64,000 bases of DNA from Candidatus Sericytochromatia bacterium. GTDB lineage: Bacteria > Cyanobacteriota > Sericytochromatia > S15B-MN24 > UBA4093. The notes beneath the pieces are model-generated. The model searched no databases and was not told the origin of the DNA. It was given only the letters and a program-made list of their open reading frames with translations. Where the stretch lies: NCBI GenBank assembly GCA_036676455.1, contig JAKFCW010000044.1, positions 1,212-65,211 on the forward strand. Direction: 5' to 3'. This document shows, piece by piece, positions 26,138-36,074 of this stretch; position 1 is the stretch's first letter, and each line of letters begins with the position of its first letter. A program made the position numbers and the translations under genes.

Positions 26138-27049
26138 ATGGCGACCTTCCTGAAGCCCTCCGCGAACCCGCTGCGCAAGCACCGCGTCAATCTCGCGCCC
26201 TACCTCTTCCTGCTGCCCGCAGGCCTGGTGCTGGGGGTCTTCTGGATCCTGCCCGCCATCATGGCGGTCTTCAACTCCTTCGCGGAGTCGGACTTTGGCG
26301 GGGCCTGGCGCTGGGTGGGGCTTGCGAACTACATGCAGCTCGCCAACGACCCGACCTTCTGGAAGGCCCTGGTCAACTCGCTCATCTACCTGGTGGGAGT
26401 GGTGCCCGCGCTCGTCATCCTGCCGCTGCTGATCGCCATCTTGGTCAACGTGCCGATGAAGGGCATCGGCTTTTTCCGGGCGGCCTACTACCTGCCGGTG
26501 GTCATTCCCATCGTGGTCGTGGGCCTCACCTGGAAGTGGCTCTACGCCGAGAACGGCCTCGTGAACTGGGTCGCCCAGAGCGCCTTCCCGTGGCTGATGG
26601 CGCATCCGGTGCCCTGGCTCAGCCAGCCCGAGACCGCCCTGGGCGCAGTCATGGCCGTGACGGTCTGGAAGGGCCTCGGCTACTACATGGTCATCTACCT
26701 GGCGGGTCTGCAGGGAATTCCGCATGAGATCTACGAATCGGCGGACCTCGACGGCGCGAAGCGCTGGCAGCAGCACCTCTACCTGACCCTGCCTTTGATG
26801 ATCCCGCACATGGCCATGGTGGGCATCGTGAGTTCCATCAACGCATTGAAGGTCTTCGCCGAGATCTTCGTGCTCACCAAGGGCGGCCCGCTGGAGTCCT
26901 CCACGACCATGGTCTACTACCTCTACCAGCAGGCCTTCGAGAGCCTCAACATGGGCTACGCCAGCTCCATCGGCATGGTGCTCTTCGCCATGACCCTCGC
27001 GCTCTCGATGCTCAACAAGCGCTACCTCGAGCAGAACCAGCTGGGCTAA
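26138..27049 (+). CDS. Carbohydrate ABC transporter permease (MalF/UgpA-like)
   Basis: 303 aa, six TM segments, EAA-loop region ESADLDGAKRWQ. Confidence 0.85.
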   Translation: MATFLKPSANPLRKHRVNLAPYLFLLPAGLVLGVFWILPAIMAVFNSFAESDFGGAWRWVGLANYMQLANDPTFWKALVNSLIYLVGVVPALVILPLLIAILVNVPMKGIGFFRAAYYLPVVIPIVVVGLTWKWLYAENGLVNWVAQSAFPWLMAHPVPWLSQPETALGAVMAVTVWKGLGYYMVIYLAGLQGIPHEIYESADLDGAKRWQQHLYLTLPLMIPHMAMVGIVSSINALKVFAEIFVLTKGGPLESSTTMVYYLYQQAFESLNMGYASSIGMVLFAMTLALSMLNKRYLEQNQLG

Positions 27050-27069
27050 CGCCGCTTACGCTTACCGTC

Positions 27070-27858
27070 TTATCTGCACGTGGTTTGGCCGCCGTCGACC
27101 GGCAGCGTGAGCCCCGTGACGTAGCTGAAGCGATCCGACGCGAGGCACGCGACGACGTCTGCCAGCTCTTCGGGCCGGCCCATGCGGCCCATGGGGATGT
27201 CGGCGGTCAGCGCTTGCTCCTCGATTTCAGGAGTCGTGCCCTTTTGAGCGGCGGCCGTTTCGGCGAGGTAAATCATCCGGTCGGTGCGGGTGGGGCCGGG
27301 GCAGACGGTGTGGACCAGGACGTTGTCCTGGGCGAGGCCGGGGGCGATCGCCTTCATGAAGGCCGCCGTCCCCGATCGTACCGTGCTCGAGATCAAGAGG
27401 CGCTCCGAGGGCTCGAGGACGGTGGTCGACGAGACCGTGACGATCCGGCCCCAGCGCCGCTCGCGCATGCCCGGGATCACCCGCTGTGTGAGCGCGATGA
27501 TCGACAGCATCCCCGCCTCGAGGGCCTCGCGCCACTGCGCGTCACTCACCGCATCCAGCCCGCCGGCCGGGGGACCGCCGGCGTTGTTGATCAGGATGTC
27601 GATGCCTCCCAGGGCCTCTTCGACCGCGGCGTGAAGGGCTTTGACGTCGTCGGCCTTGCCCATGTCCGCGACGAACGGCAGCACGCGGTTTCCCGTCTCG
27701 GCCTCGATCGCTCGGGCGGTCTTCTCGATGGCCTCGGAGCTGCGCGAGCAGATGGCGACCACGGCTCCTTCGGCCGAGAGCGCGGCTGCGATGGCGCGTC
27801 CCAGCCCCTTCGACGCGGCGCAGACGAGGGCGCGACGGCCCTTCAACCCGAGATCCAT
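27070..27858 (-). CDS. SDR-family oxidoreductase (FabG-like)
   Basis: 262 aa. Cofactor motif CAASKGLGRA and an NNAG motif. AAGGAG RBS. Confidence 0.85.
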   Translation of the reverse strand: MDLGLKGRRALVCAASKGLGRAIAAALSAEGAVVAICSRSSEAIEKTARAIEAETGNRVLPFVADMGKADDVKALHAAVEEALGGIDILINNAGGPPAGGLDAVSDAQWREALEAGMLSIIALTQRVIPGMRERRWGRIVTVSSTTVLEPSERLLISSTVRSGTAAFMKAIAPGLAQDNVLVHTVCPGPTRTDRMIYLAETAAAQKGTTPEIEEQALTADIPMGRMGRPEELADVVACLASDRFSYVTGLTLPVDGGQTTCR

Positions 27859-27997
27859 GGCGGGACTCCTTTCGTTCGCATGCGAGCAAGCAACCGATCC
27901 ATCTTACCTCCCTCGCTAGGGGCAGGAAAAAGCATGCAAGCGATGGGTATAACCCCCATGGCGACCCCGTGACCCAAAACTGCTCAAGGAGTACTTC

Positions 27998-28327
27998 ATG
28001 ACACAGACCGAGTCCGGCTTCAGCATCACCTCGATTCACGAGGGCGTGAACAGTTTGCTCTTCGACCTCAACGGTCGGCTCTGGGAGCTGTTCGAGTATG
28101 CCGAGCAGGCGCGTCAGGAAGCCGAGAAGGTTCTCGCCGAGGGTGCGGCCAACGTCGAGGCCGAGCTTCGCCAGGCGCTCGTGGCGCTGACCGAGACGCT
28201 GGAGAAGACCGAAGAGATCAAGGGAACGCTCTCGAAGCAGAGCTTCTCGGTCATGGGCGAGATCGTCGTGACCCTGGGTAACCAGGTGAACGCCGTGATC
28301 CAGGCCCTGATGAAGACCAAGTCTTAA
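27998..28327 (+). CDS. Hypothetical small helical protein
   Basis: 109 aa with AAGGAG RBS. No signal peptide and no recognised family. Confidence 0.5.
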   Translation: MTQTESGFSITSIHEGVNSLLFDLNGRLWELFEYAEQARQEAEKVLAEGAANVEAELRQALVALTETLEKTEEIKGTLSKQSFSVMGEIVVTLGNQVNAVIQALMKTKS

Positions 28328-28353
28328 GCGCCTGGTTTGGCCAAGACCAACCT

Positions 28354-28394
28354 GAGCAAGAAGCCCCGGCCGATTCGGCCGGGGCTTCTTGCTC
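28354..28394. terminator. Bidirectional terminator hairpin (19-bp perfect stem)
   Basis: GAGCAAGAAGCCCCGGCCG-ATT-CGGCCGGGGCTTCTTGCTC between convergent genes. Confidence 0.75.
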
Positions 28395-28818
28395 AGTCGT
28401 TGCCGGAGGGCGTTGCGTCAAGGTCTTCGGCGAAGTAGTCCATGGCGCCGTTGGCGATCAGCATGCCCATGTACATGCCCACCGTGTGGCGGTGCGTGAG
28501 GAACGGGATGATGATGCCCAGCGGGACCAGGACCCAGAGCGTGTGGTCGATGAACATGTCGAAGGGACCGATCAGGACGAGAAAGACGAGCGCCAGGATG
28601 AATACGGTCAAGAAGTATCCCAGGTAGACTCCGCCCGTGAACTCGCCGGCCTTGAGCTTGAAGGCCTGGCCGCAGCGTGAGCATGCTGGATGCAGCTTCA
28701 TGAGGCGCTCGCTGGTGGGGCCGATGCCGCAGCGCGGGCAGCGTGTGAGGAAGCCCCGGACGACGGCCCCGATGTAGGAAGGTCGGGGGGGCAGCATGCG
28801 CGCGCGAGTGTCTGACAT
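28393..28818 (-). CDS. DUF983-like zinc-ribbon membrane protein
   Basis: 141 aa. CPRC ... CSRC zinc ribbon followed by two TM helices. Confidence 0.6.
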   Translation of the reverse strand: MSDTRARMLPPRPSYIGAVVRGFLTRCPRCGIGPTSERLMKLHPACSRCGQAFKLKAGEFTGGVYLGYFLTVFILALVFLVLIGPFDMFIDHTLWVLVPLGIIIPFLTHRHTVGMYMGMLIANGAMDYFAEDLDATPSGND

Positions 28819-28894
28819 GAGGGTCTCCTTACCGGCGAAAGACAGGAACTGCCTTGATTCTACCTCATGTGCGCGGCCCTTGGAAAATGGTGAC

Positions 28895-31150
28895 CTAGCC
28901 TTCGATGAGGACCCGCAGATCCCCTTGCTTGTTGAGGATCCGGGTGGTGGTCGTGCCGGTGACCTGGATGAACTCGAGGTCCACCACGGCCGCGCCGATG
29001 CGCATGCCGCGCAGGGTCACGCGTTCCAGCCAGTCGGGCAGGGCGGGGATGTTGACCTTGAGCGTGTGGTGAGCGGCGTCTGCTTCGAGGCCCAGGGCCG
29101 CTTGCAGCAGCAGGATGGGAGTGGCGGCGGCCCAGGCCTGAGGAGAGCAGGCGACCGGGTAGGGAATCGGCATGTCGAGTTCGCCCTGGCGCTCGAAGCC
29201 GCAGAAGAGCTCGGGCAGGCGGTAGTAGTTGAAGCGCAGCGCCGAGTCGTACATCGCCGAGAAGATCATGTTGGCCTCGCGCTTGTAGCCGCGATCGGCA
29301 AAGCCTTTGGCGATGAGGGCGTTGTCATGGGGCCACACCGTCCCGATGTGATAGCCGATGGGGTTGTAGACCGGGCTCTCGGCGGAGAGCGTGCGGATGC
29401 CCCAGCCCGAGAACATGGCGGGACTCAGGAGGGACTTCACCACCTGTTCGATGCGCTCGGGCGCGACCACGTTGCTCCAGAGCGCATGGCCCGGGTTGGA
29501 GGTGAGCGTCCGGACCGGGCGCTTGTCGCGGTCCAGCGCGATGGCGTAGAAGCCGTCGTCCTCCAGCCAGAAGGCCTCGTTGAAGCGGGCCTTGAGCTCG
29601 TCTGCCTCTTGTAGGAGGCGCTTGGCGAGCAGCTCCTGGCCGACCAGGTGGCAGAGCTCGGCGGCCCGTCGCTTTGCGTCGTAGACGTAGCCCTGGACCT
29701 CGACGAGGGCGATGGGGGCTTGCGCGAGGCTGCCGTCGGGGAAGATCACGGCGTTGAAGGAGTCCTTCCAGCCCTGGTTGCCGATGCCCTTGGGGCTGCG
29801 CCGCAGGTACTCGACGAACATGTCGTCGTCGAGGTCCCCGTAGGTCTCGAGCCACAGGAGGGCACCCTCGGCGGCCTCCCAGAGCTCGTGGACCAGGCTG
29901 GCGTCTCCGGTCCAGCGGTAGGTCTCGCTCAGCAGGATGATCCAGAGGGGCGTGGCGTCCACCGTGCCGAAGTAGGGCGTGTGCGGGATGACGCCCAGGC
30001 GAGACAGCTCGCCGTAGCGGAACTCGTGCAGGATCTTGCCCGGCTCCTCGTCGCGAAATTCGTCCTCGGTCTTGCCCTGGTACTTGGCGAGGAAGCGAAG
30101 GACTCCCTTGGCCACCTCGGGCCCGAGCACGAGGGATTGCAGGGCCGTGATGATCGAGTCGCGGCCGAAGGGGCTGGTGAACCACGGGATCCCGGCCGAG
30201 AGGAAGGGCCCGGTCGGGTAGCGCGAGGTCAGGGCCACCAGGTCGCGGATGCTGCGGTCGAGGACGAGGTTGAAGACCGCGTTGTCGGTCTGGATCTGGG
30301 TCTGGAAGAACTGGGAGGCCTGTCCCAGCTCCGTGACGTGCTGGATGAGGGCGGGAAAGCCCATGATCTCCTTGGGCGGCTCGGTGCCCTCGAGCGTGTC
30401 GATCTGGTAGTCGATCAGCGCCTTGCCCCCGTTTGCGGGCACGACGACGTCCCAGTGCGCGACCGCACCCACGGCTCCATGCTCGCTCGGGAGTGCCTCG
30501 ATCGTGGCGGGTGGCAGCGCGAAGCGGATCCGCGTCTGCCGCAAGAGCTGGTCCTCGCCGCGGTAGGCCAGGGTGATGCTGTCCGTCTCCAGGCGGGGCT
30601 TGTAGAAGACGCCGTGGCGCTGGCGGTGCAGGCCGCGGACCTCGAAGATGTCGGCGAAGTCCGCGCGGAATTCGAGGCTGAGGCGCATGGAGACCGCGAA
30701 GGTGTTGAAGTTGAGCAGCGAGACCTGCTCGCGGAAGGCGTCGGAGACGGCGCGCGCCAGCGAGAGGTGCATCGTCTCCTGGCGCACGAGCGTGCCGTCC
30801 GCCAGCGTCAGCGAGGGGTTCACGAACTCGATGTGGCCGAGGTTGGTCCGCTCGGTAGAGCCCGAGAGCAGGGTGGGAGTCTCGCCTGACAGGCGCAGCG
30901 TGAGCTGACTCAGGAAGCGGGTGTCCTCATGGTAGAGGCCCATGCCGCATTTGCAGCCGGTGCTGACCTCGCCGTCCTTGTCCGAGACCATGAAGAGGCG
31001 GCCCTGCTTGAGCACCTCCGGCTCATGCCGGCAGCCCGTCAGGAGGGCGGGCATGCCCGAGCGAATCAGGTCGGTCAGCTCCTGGTCGATCTCCAGCAGC
31101 TGCCCTTCGTCCTCGCTGATGTCCGAGGCTTGGAACGGACGCTCGCTCAT
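28895..31150 (-). CDS. Amylo-alpha-1,6-glucosidase / glycogen-debranching-like glycoside hydrolase
   Basis: Start at MSERPFQ (ATG 31150, GAGGAGG RBS). GDE N- and C-terminal domain character (SAGIPWFTSPFGRDS, IGYHIGTVWPHDN). Confidence 0.85.
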   Translation of the reverse strand: MSERPFQASDISEDEGQLLEIDQELTDLIRSGMPALLTGCRHEPEVLKQGRLFMVSDKDGEVSTGCKCGMGLYHEDTRFLSQLTLRLSGETPTLLSGSTERTNLGHIEFVNPSLTLADGTLVRQETMHLSLARAVSDAFREQVSLLNFNTFAVSMRLSLEFRADFADIFEVRGLHRQRHGVFYKPRLETDSITLAYRGEDQLLRQTRIRFALPPATIEALPSEHGAVGAVAHWDVVVPANGGKALIDYQIDTLEGTEPPKEIMGFPALIQHVTELGQASQFFQTQIQTDNAVFNLVLDRSIRDLVALTSRYPTGPFLSAGIPWFTSPFGRDSIITALQSLVLGPEVAKGVLRFLAKYQGKTEDEFRDEEPGKILHEFRYGELSRLGVIPHTPYFGTVDATPLWIILLSETYRWTGDASLVHELWEAAEGALLWLETYGDLDDDMFVEYLRRSPKGIGNQGWKDSFNAVIFPDGSLAQAPIALVEVQGYVYDAKRRAAELCHLVGQELLAKRLLQEADELKARFNEAFWLEDDGFYAIALDRDKRPVRTLTSNPGHALWSNVVAPERIEQVVKSLLSPAMFSGWGIRTLSAESPVYNPIGYHIGTVWPHDNALIAKGFADRGYKREANMIFSAMYDSALRFNYYRLPELFCGFERQGELDMPIPYPVACSPQAWAAATPILLLQAALGLEADAAHHTLKVNIPALPDWLERVTLRGMRIGAAVVDLEFIQVTGTTTTRILNKQGDLRVLIEG

Positions 31151-31199
31151 GCTGGCCTCCTCGGGGCGCTCAACGCGCCCTGCGACGTGGTCGAGGCGC

Positions 31200-32249
31200 T
31201 CAACGCGCCTCCAGGGTCGGTTCCGTCGGCTGGGAGCAAAGCTGCTCGTAAAGCGCCAGGTACCCGTCGACCATGCGCGAGACGTCGAAGCGCGCAATCG
31301 CCTCTTGCCGGCAGGCCTCGGGATCGATCCGGTCCAGGTGCCCCAGGGCGTCCACCGCCTCCTCGAGGCTGTCCACGATGAAGCCCGTGCGCCCGTGGCT
31401 GATCACCTCGGGGATCGAGCCGTGGCGCATCGCCACGACCGGCGTGCCGGAGGCCATGGCCTCGACCATGACCAGCCCGAAAGGCTCGCTCCACTGGACC
31501 ATGTGCAGCAGGGCGATCGCCCCCTCCAGGACCTCGCGCTTCGAGGCCCCCGCCACCTCCCCGATGAACCTGACCGCCCGCCCGTCGATCTTCGGAGCGA
31601 TCTCGCGCGCATAGTACTCCTGGTCGAAGGGATCGACCTTGCCCGCGATCACCAGCGGAATCCCCAGGCGCCGGGCGGCCTCGATCGCCAGGTGGGTCCC
31701 CTTCTCGGGGGAGACGCGCCCTAGGAAGAGCAAGTAGCCCTGCTTCCGGCCGCAGCGGTAGGTCGCCGTCTCGATGCCGTTGTGCACCGTCCCCAGGTAG
31801 TTGAGCTCCGGGCAGCCCTCGCGCTGGGAATGGCTGATGCTCACGTAGGGCTGGTGCGGGAAGTTCAGGAAGATCCGGAGGTTCTCGGGGTTGAACGGCC
31901 CGTGCAGCGTCGAGAGCAGCCGGGCATTGCAGGCTTCCGCGAAGGCGTTGCCCAGCGGACCGACGTGGCTGTGCAGCAGGTCGAACTCGTGGCGCCGTTT
32001 CAGCGCGTTGGCCAGGTGCACCGCCTCGGCCATCTGACCGCTCCATGTGTCGAAGCCCAGATGGCGCAGCGCGACGGGCTCGGTGTAGTTGCCCTCCTCC
32101 ACGCCGGCGGAGTCCCCGGTGGCGAACAAGGTCACCTCATGGCCCCTCAGCCGCAGGTGACGGACCAAGCTGTCCACCACCCGCTCGATGCCTCCGTAAC
32201 CGGTCGGAGGCGTCGTCTCCCAGATCGGAGCGATCATCCCGATGCGCAT
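31200..32249 (-). CDS. Family-4 (GT-B) glycosyltransferase
   Basis: Start at MRIGMIAPIWE (ATG 32249). Motifs GGIERVV and EPFGLVMVEAMASGTPV. Confidence 0.85.
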   Translation of the reverse strand: MRIGMIAPIWETTPPTGYGGIERVVDSLVRHLRLRGHEVTLFATGDSAGVEEGNYTEPVALRHLGFDTWSGQMAEAVHLANALKRRHEFDLLHSHVGPLGNAFAEACNARLLSTLHGPFNPENLRIFLNFPHQPYVSISHSQREGCPELNYLGTVHNGIETATYRCGRKQGYLLFLGRVSPEKGTHLAIEAARRLGIPLVIAGKVDPFDQEYYAREIAPKIDGRAVRFIGEVAGASKREVLEGAIALLHMVQWSEPFGLVMVEAMASGTPVVAMRHGSIPEVISHGRTGFIVDSLEEAVDALGHLDRIDPEACRQEAIARFDVSRMVDGYLALYEQLCSQPTEPTLEAR

Positions 32250-32409
32250 GCTTGAACCCCTCCACGTCGTTGGGCGCGCCCTCACCATGACATGACGACG
32301 CGGCGATGGGATGAGGAGGTTTCGACAAAGGGTCTCGGCATCGCCGCTTCCGGCGACGCCGAGACCCTTCGAGCCGGCTGGAGGCGCCGAGACCCTCTCG
32401 CCGCGAAAG

Positions 32410-33453
32410 CTAGCTCAGGGTCGCCATGTCGATGACGAAGCGGTAGCGCACGTCACTCTTGAGCATCCGCTCGTAGGCCTCGTTGATGCCCTCCATGGGA
32501 ATGACCTCCACGTCCGCCGCCACCCCGTGCGCCGCGCAGAAATCCAGCATCTCCTGGGTCTCGCGGATGCTGCCGATCAGTGAGCCCGCCAGCCGGCGCC
32601 GCCCCGAAATCAACGAGGAGGCATCCAGGGGCATCGCCTCGGGCAACCCCACCAGCACCATGGTCCCGTCCCGCTTCAAGAGGTTCAAGTAGGCATTGTA
32701 GTCATGCTCGGCCGAGACCGTGTCCAGGATGAAGTCGAAGCGCTTGCGGTTCTGCTTGAAGGCGTCCGCCTCACCGGTGGCCACGAAGTCGTCGGCGCCG
32801 AGCCGCAGCGCGTCCTCGTGCTTGGAGGGCGAATGGCTGAGCACCGTCACGTGCGCGCCCATGGCCTTGGCGATCTTCACGCCCATGTGCCCCAGGCCGC
32901 CGAGGCCCACCACGGCCACGCGATCGCCCGCCTTCACCCCGAAGTGCCGCAAGGGCGAGTAGGTCGTGACGCCCGCGCAGAGCAACGGAGCCGCGCGATC
33001 CAACGGCAGGCTCGCGGGCACCCGGCACACGTAGTTCTCGTCGACGGTGATGCGCGTCGAGTAGCCCCCGTAGGTCGGAGTCTTGCGATCCCGCTCCAGG
33101 CTGTTGTACGTGCCCGTCATCCCGCGCTCGCAGTACTGCTCGTCACCGGCCACGCACGCCTCACATTCGCGGCAGGAATCCACGAAGCAGCCCACGCCCA
33201 CCGTGTCGCCGACGGCCCACTTCGTCACGGAAGCCCCGACGCGTGACACCGTGCCCACGATCTCATGGCCAGGCACCAGCGGAAAGCGCGCGCCCCCCCA
33301 CTCGTCCTTCACCTGGTGCAGGTCGGAGTGACAGACCCCGCAGTACCGGATGTCGATCAGCACGTCGTGAGGACCGGGTTCCCGGCGCTCGATCAAAGAC
33401 GGAGCAAGCGGAGCCTTGGCCGCAGGGGCTGCATAAGCCGGAGTCGGGATCAT
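32410..33453 (-). CDS. Zinc-dependent NAD(P) alcohol dehydrogenase (cinnamyl-ADH/YahK-like)
   Basis: 347 aa. Motifs [30 protein letters not shown]. Confidence 0.9.
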   Translation of the reverse strand: MIPTPAYAAPAAKAPLAPSLIERREPGPHDVLIDIRYCGVCHSDLHQVKDEWGGARFPLVPGHEIVGTVSRVGASVTKWAVGDTVGVGCFVDSCRECEACVAGDEQYCERGMTGTYNSLERDRKTPTYGGYSTRITVDENYVCRVPASLPLDRAAPLLCAGVTTYSPLRHFGVKAGDRVAVVGLGGLGHMGVKIAKAMGAHVTVLSHSPSKHEDALRLGADDFVATGEADAFKQNRKRFDFILDTVSAEHDYNAYLNLLKRDGTMVLVGLPEAMPLDASSLISGRRRLAGSLIGSIRETQEMLDFCAAHGVAADVEVIPMEGINEAYERMLKSDVRYRFVIDMATLS

Positions 33454-33615
33454 GAGGTCTACCTCCTATCGTCTCGGGGATCCGCTTCACTTTACCAAGC
33501 TTGCCTTCCGGAAGCCATGCCCCGCTTTAAGAAGCTTAAAAGGGAAATTAAGCAAGTATTAAATCCATGTTGGCGATAAGCCCTTATTGCCATTAGATTG
33601 TCATTCGGAGGACCC

Positions 33616-34671
33616 GTGAACCTGTTTGTTTCCCGCCACGTGGCGGCCCCCCTCAATAACCAATCGCTCTTCTCGACTTCCCGCTTCAATGCTTCCACCG
33701 CCGCCTCGAGCGCCGTGGTGTCTACCGATAGCCTCACCCTTGCCACCGAGCGCAGCCTCACCAAGGTTGCCGACAAGGACGCCCTCGTGATCACCGCCAA
33801 GGCCGGCGATACCTACTGGGCCCTGGCCCGCCGCTTCGCGAGCACCATGAACCCCAGCGGCGTCCCCACCGCCTCCGAGATCAACGCTTACGCCAAGGAG
33901 CTGCAGGCCGCCAACGGCAAATCCGCTAAGATCCGCGTCGGCCAGTCGATCAAGCTCCCCATGACTGACAACGCCTCCTGGAAGCTGCCTGCCATGGTGG
34001 CCGCCCAGAAATCGCTCGGCAAGTCGGCCTCCGCTTACGACTGGTCAAAGACCGACGCCAAGTGGGGCTACGCCGAGTCCATCGAGGTGACCGCCCCCGC
34101 CCTGTCGGGCGGCAAGCCCCTGGGCCTCGCGGTCCGCGAGTACGGCCCCACCAAGGGCGGCACGCTCTTCCAGGTCGAGGCCATCCAGCCCCTCGACGAT
34201 GCCCGCGAGATCACCCTCAAGGCCTCCGAGCCCCTCGTGATCACCGCCAAGCCCGGGGATACCTACTGGGCCCTGGCCCGCCGCTTCGCTGCCACCATGA
34301 GCGCTGACGGCGTCCCCACCGGCACCGAGATCAAGGCCTACGTCGCCGACCTCCAGGCCGCCAACGGCACGACCCTCAAGGCCGGACAGGCCGTCAAGCT
34401 GCCCCGCACCACCAATGCCACCTGGCAGCTAGAGGCCCTGGCCGCGGTCCAGAAGGACTTCGAGGCTCGCAAGCAAGCGGGCGAGAAGCTGCCGGTCTTC
34501 GACTGGGTCAAGGCCGAGGTCCGCTGGGGCTACGCCGAGGCCATGGAAGTCATCGTCCCGCCCATGCTGGGCGGCAAGCCGGAGAGCCTCGCCGTCCACG
34601 CCACGGGCCGCGACCTGTACGCGGTCCAGTCCCTGGAAGCCTACTACCGCCGCAACGGCCTCGCCGACTAG
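33616..34671 (+). CDS. Hypothetical protein built of two approximately 150-aa repeats, each with a LysM-like segment
   Basis: GTG 33616 preceded by GGAGG. LVITAK(A/P)GDTYWALARRFA ... GQ(S/A)(I/V)KLP occurs twice. No obvious signal peptide. Confidence 0.65.
   Translation: MNLFVSRHVAAPLNNQSLFSTSRFNASTAASSAVVSTDSLTLATERSLTKVADKDALVITAKAGDTYWALARRFASTMNPSGVPTASEINAYAKELQAANGKSAKIRVGQSIKLPMTDNASWKLPAMVAAQKSLGKSASAYDWSKTDAKWGYAESIEVTAPALSGGKPLGLAVREYGPTKGGTLFQVEAIQPLDDAREITLKASEPLVITAKPGDTYWALARRFAATMSADGVPTGTEIKAYVADLQAANGTTLKAGQAVKLPRTTNATWQLEALAAVQKDFEARKQAGEKLPVFDWVKAEVRWGYAEAMEVIVPPMLGGKPESLAVHATGRDLYAVQSLEAYYRRNGLAD
33783..33839 (+). repeat. Intragenic DNA duplication, unit 1 core (unit 2 core at 34233-34289)
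   Basis: Runs of 18 nt and 32 nt (GATACCTACTGGGCCCTGGCCCGCCGCTTCGC) are identical between the units, offset by exactly 450 nt. Confidence 0.85.
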
Positions 34672-34700
34672 CCCGCTGCGATTTTCTACGGAGATTTGGT

Positions 34701-34760
34701 CTCGCTGCGGTCGATTCGGGGTAGAATCGAGTAAGCGTCCTGTTTCTCGCCCGCAGCGAG
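34701..34760 (+). other. Nested stem-loop in the leader of the PAS-GAF-PAS gene
   Basis: The outer 10-bp stem CTCGCTGCGG/CCGCAGCGAG encloses the inner 7-bp stem TCGATTC/GAATCGA. Confidence 0.45.
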
Positions 34761-34773
34761 GGTCCTGATCCGC

Positions 34774-36048
34774 ATGACATCAACGCGCAAGCCTGATCAC
34801 GAGACCGCGCCTTCCTCCCGCGTCGCGACGCCCGAGGAGGGCGCGGCCGTTCTGCTGCACGTCCTGCTGGCTGCGACCCACGACGCCGTGGCGCTGATCT
34901 CCCCCGAAGGCCTCGTCTCCCGCTGGAACCCCGCGGCCGAGCAGCTCTACGGCTACCGCTCCGGCGACATCCTGGGGCGCCCGTTCGCCCTCGTGGCCCC
35001 GGACGACCCGCCCCCCGGCCCCGGCGCCGCGCCCACGGAGGCCGTCCGCCGCCACGCCTCGGGCGACAGCCTGGACGTCGAGGTCAAGCGCCTCGCCCTG
35101 CCCCAGGGATGGCTGGATCTTTCCCGCGACATCACCGCGCGCAAGCACGCGCAGCGTTACCGCCACCTCCACCTCCAGGTCACCGACGCCCTCTTCGAGG
35201 CCCGTGGCTTGGCCGACATCCTCTCGCGCTTCCTCGAAACCCTCGGACAAACCCTGGGCTGGAACGTCGGCGAGATCTGGACGCGCGATCCGGCCGCCAA
35301 CGCCTTGCGGCTCACCGAGACCTGGCATGCCTCGGAGCCCCGCTTCGAGCGCTTCGCGGCCTACGCCCGATCCATCTACCTGCCCAATGCGACGGGCTTG
35401 CCGGGGCGGGTCTGGGAAACCGGCCGGATGGTCTGGGAGCCCCGCCTGGGCGAGAGCGACTTCTTCATCCGGAGCGAGGTGGCCGCAGAGGCCGGCTTGC
35501 GCTCCGGAGTGGCCTTCCCGCTGCGGGCACATGGAGACGTCGTGGGAGTGGCCGTCTTCCTCTGCTGCGACATCCCGCCTCCCGACGAGACCCTGACGGC
35601 CGTTCTCGAGACGGTCGGAGCTTATCTCGCCCGGGCCTTGATGCTACATCAGGGGCTCGCCGAGCGCAGCGAGCAGGACCGGCCCTTCAAGCTCCTCTTC
35701 GACTCCGCGCCCATCGGGATGGCCCTCCTGGATCAGCTCGGACGCATCGACCACGCCAACCCCGCGCTCTCACGCATGCTCGTCAGGCCTCCGCGCGACC
35801 TCGCGGGAAGATTCCTGTTCGAGTTCCTGCACCCCGACGACCAGGGCGAGGCGGGCCGCTTGATCCTGGAGCTGCTTGACGGCGAGCGCAACGAGGTGAT
35901 CCTCGATCAGCGCTACGTGCGCGCGGACGGGACCGTGCTCGAGGTTCGCTGCACGGCCACCGCGCTTCCCGATGTCGCCAACCCCATGGTGCTGGCGCTG
36001 ATCGAGCCGCTCACGGCGGCCTCCTCCCCGGCGCAAGGCGCCTCATGA
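34774..36048 (+). CDS. PAS-GAF-PAS sensor protein without output domain
   Basis: 424 aa. PAS (AVALISPEGLVSRWNPAAEQLYGY), GAF (LGWNVGEIWTRD ... VGVAVFLC), PAS (LLFDSAPIGMALLD). Confidence 0.8.
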   Translation: MTSTRKPDHETAPSSRVATPEEGAAVLLHVLLAATHDAVALISPEGLVSRWNPAAEQLYGYRSGDILGRPFALVAPDDPPPGPGAAPTEAVRRHASGDSLDVEVKRLALPQGWLDLSRDITARKHAQRYRHLHLQVTDALFEARGLADILSRFLETLGQTLGWNVGEIWTRDPAANALRLTETWHASEPRFERFAAYARSIYLPNATGLPGRVWETGRMVWEPRLGESDFFIRSEVAAEAGLRSGVAFPLRAHGDVVGVAVFLCCDIPPPDETLTAVLETVGAYLARALMLHQGLAERSEQDRPFKLLFDSAPIGMALLDQLGRIDHANPALSRMLVRPPRDLAGRFLFEFLHPDDQGEAGRLILELLDGERNEVILDQRYVRADGTVLEVRCTATALPDVANPMVLALIEPLTAASSPAQGAS

Positions 36049-36074
36049 TGGCAAGAACCTAGAGAGAAAAACCC

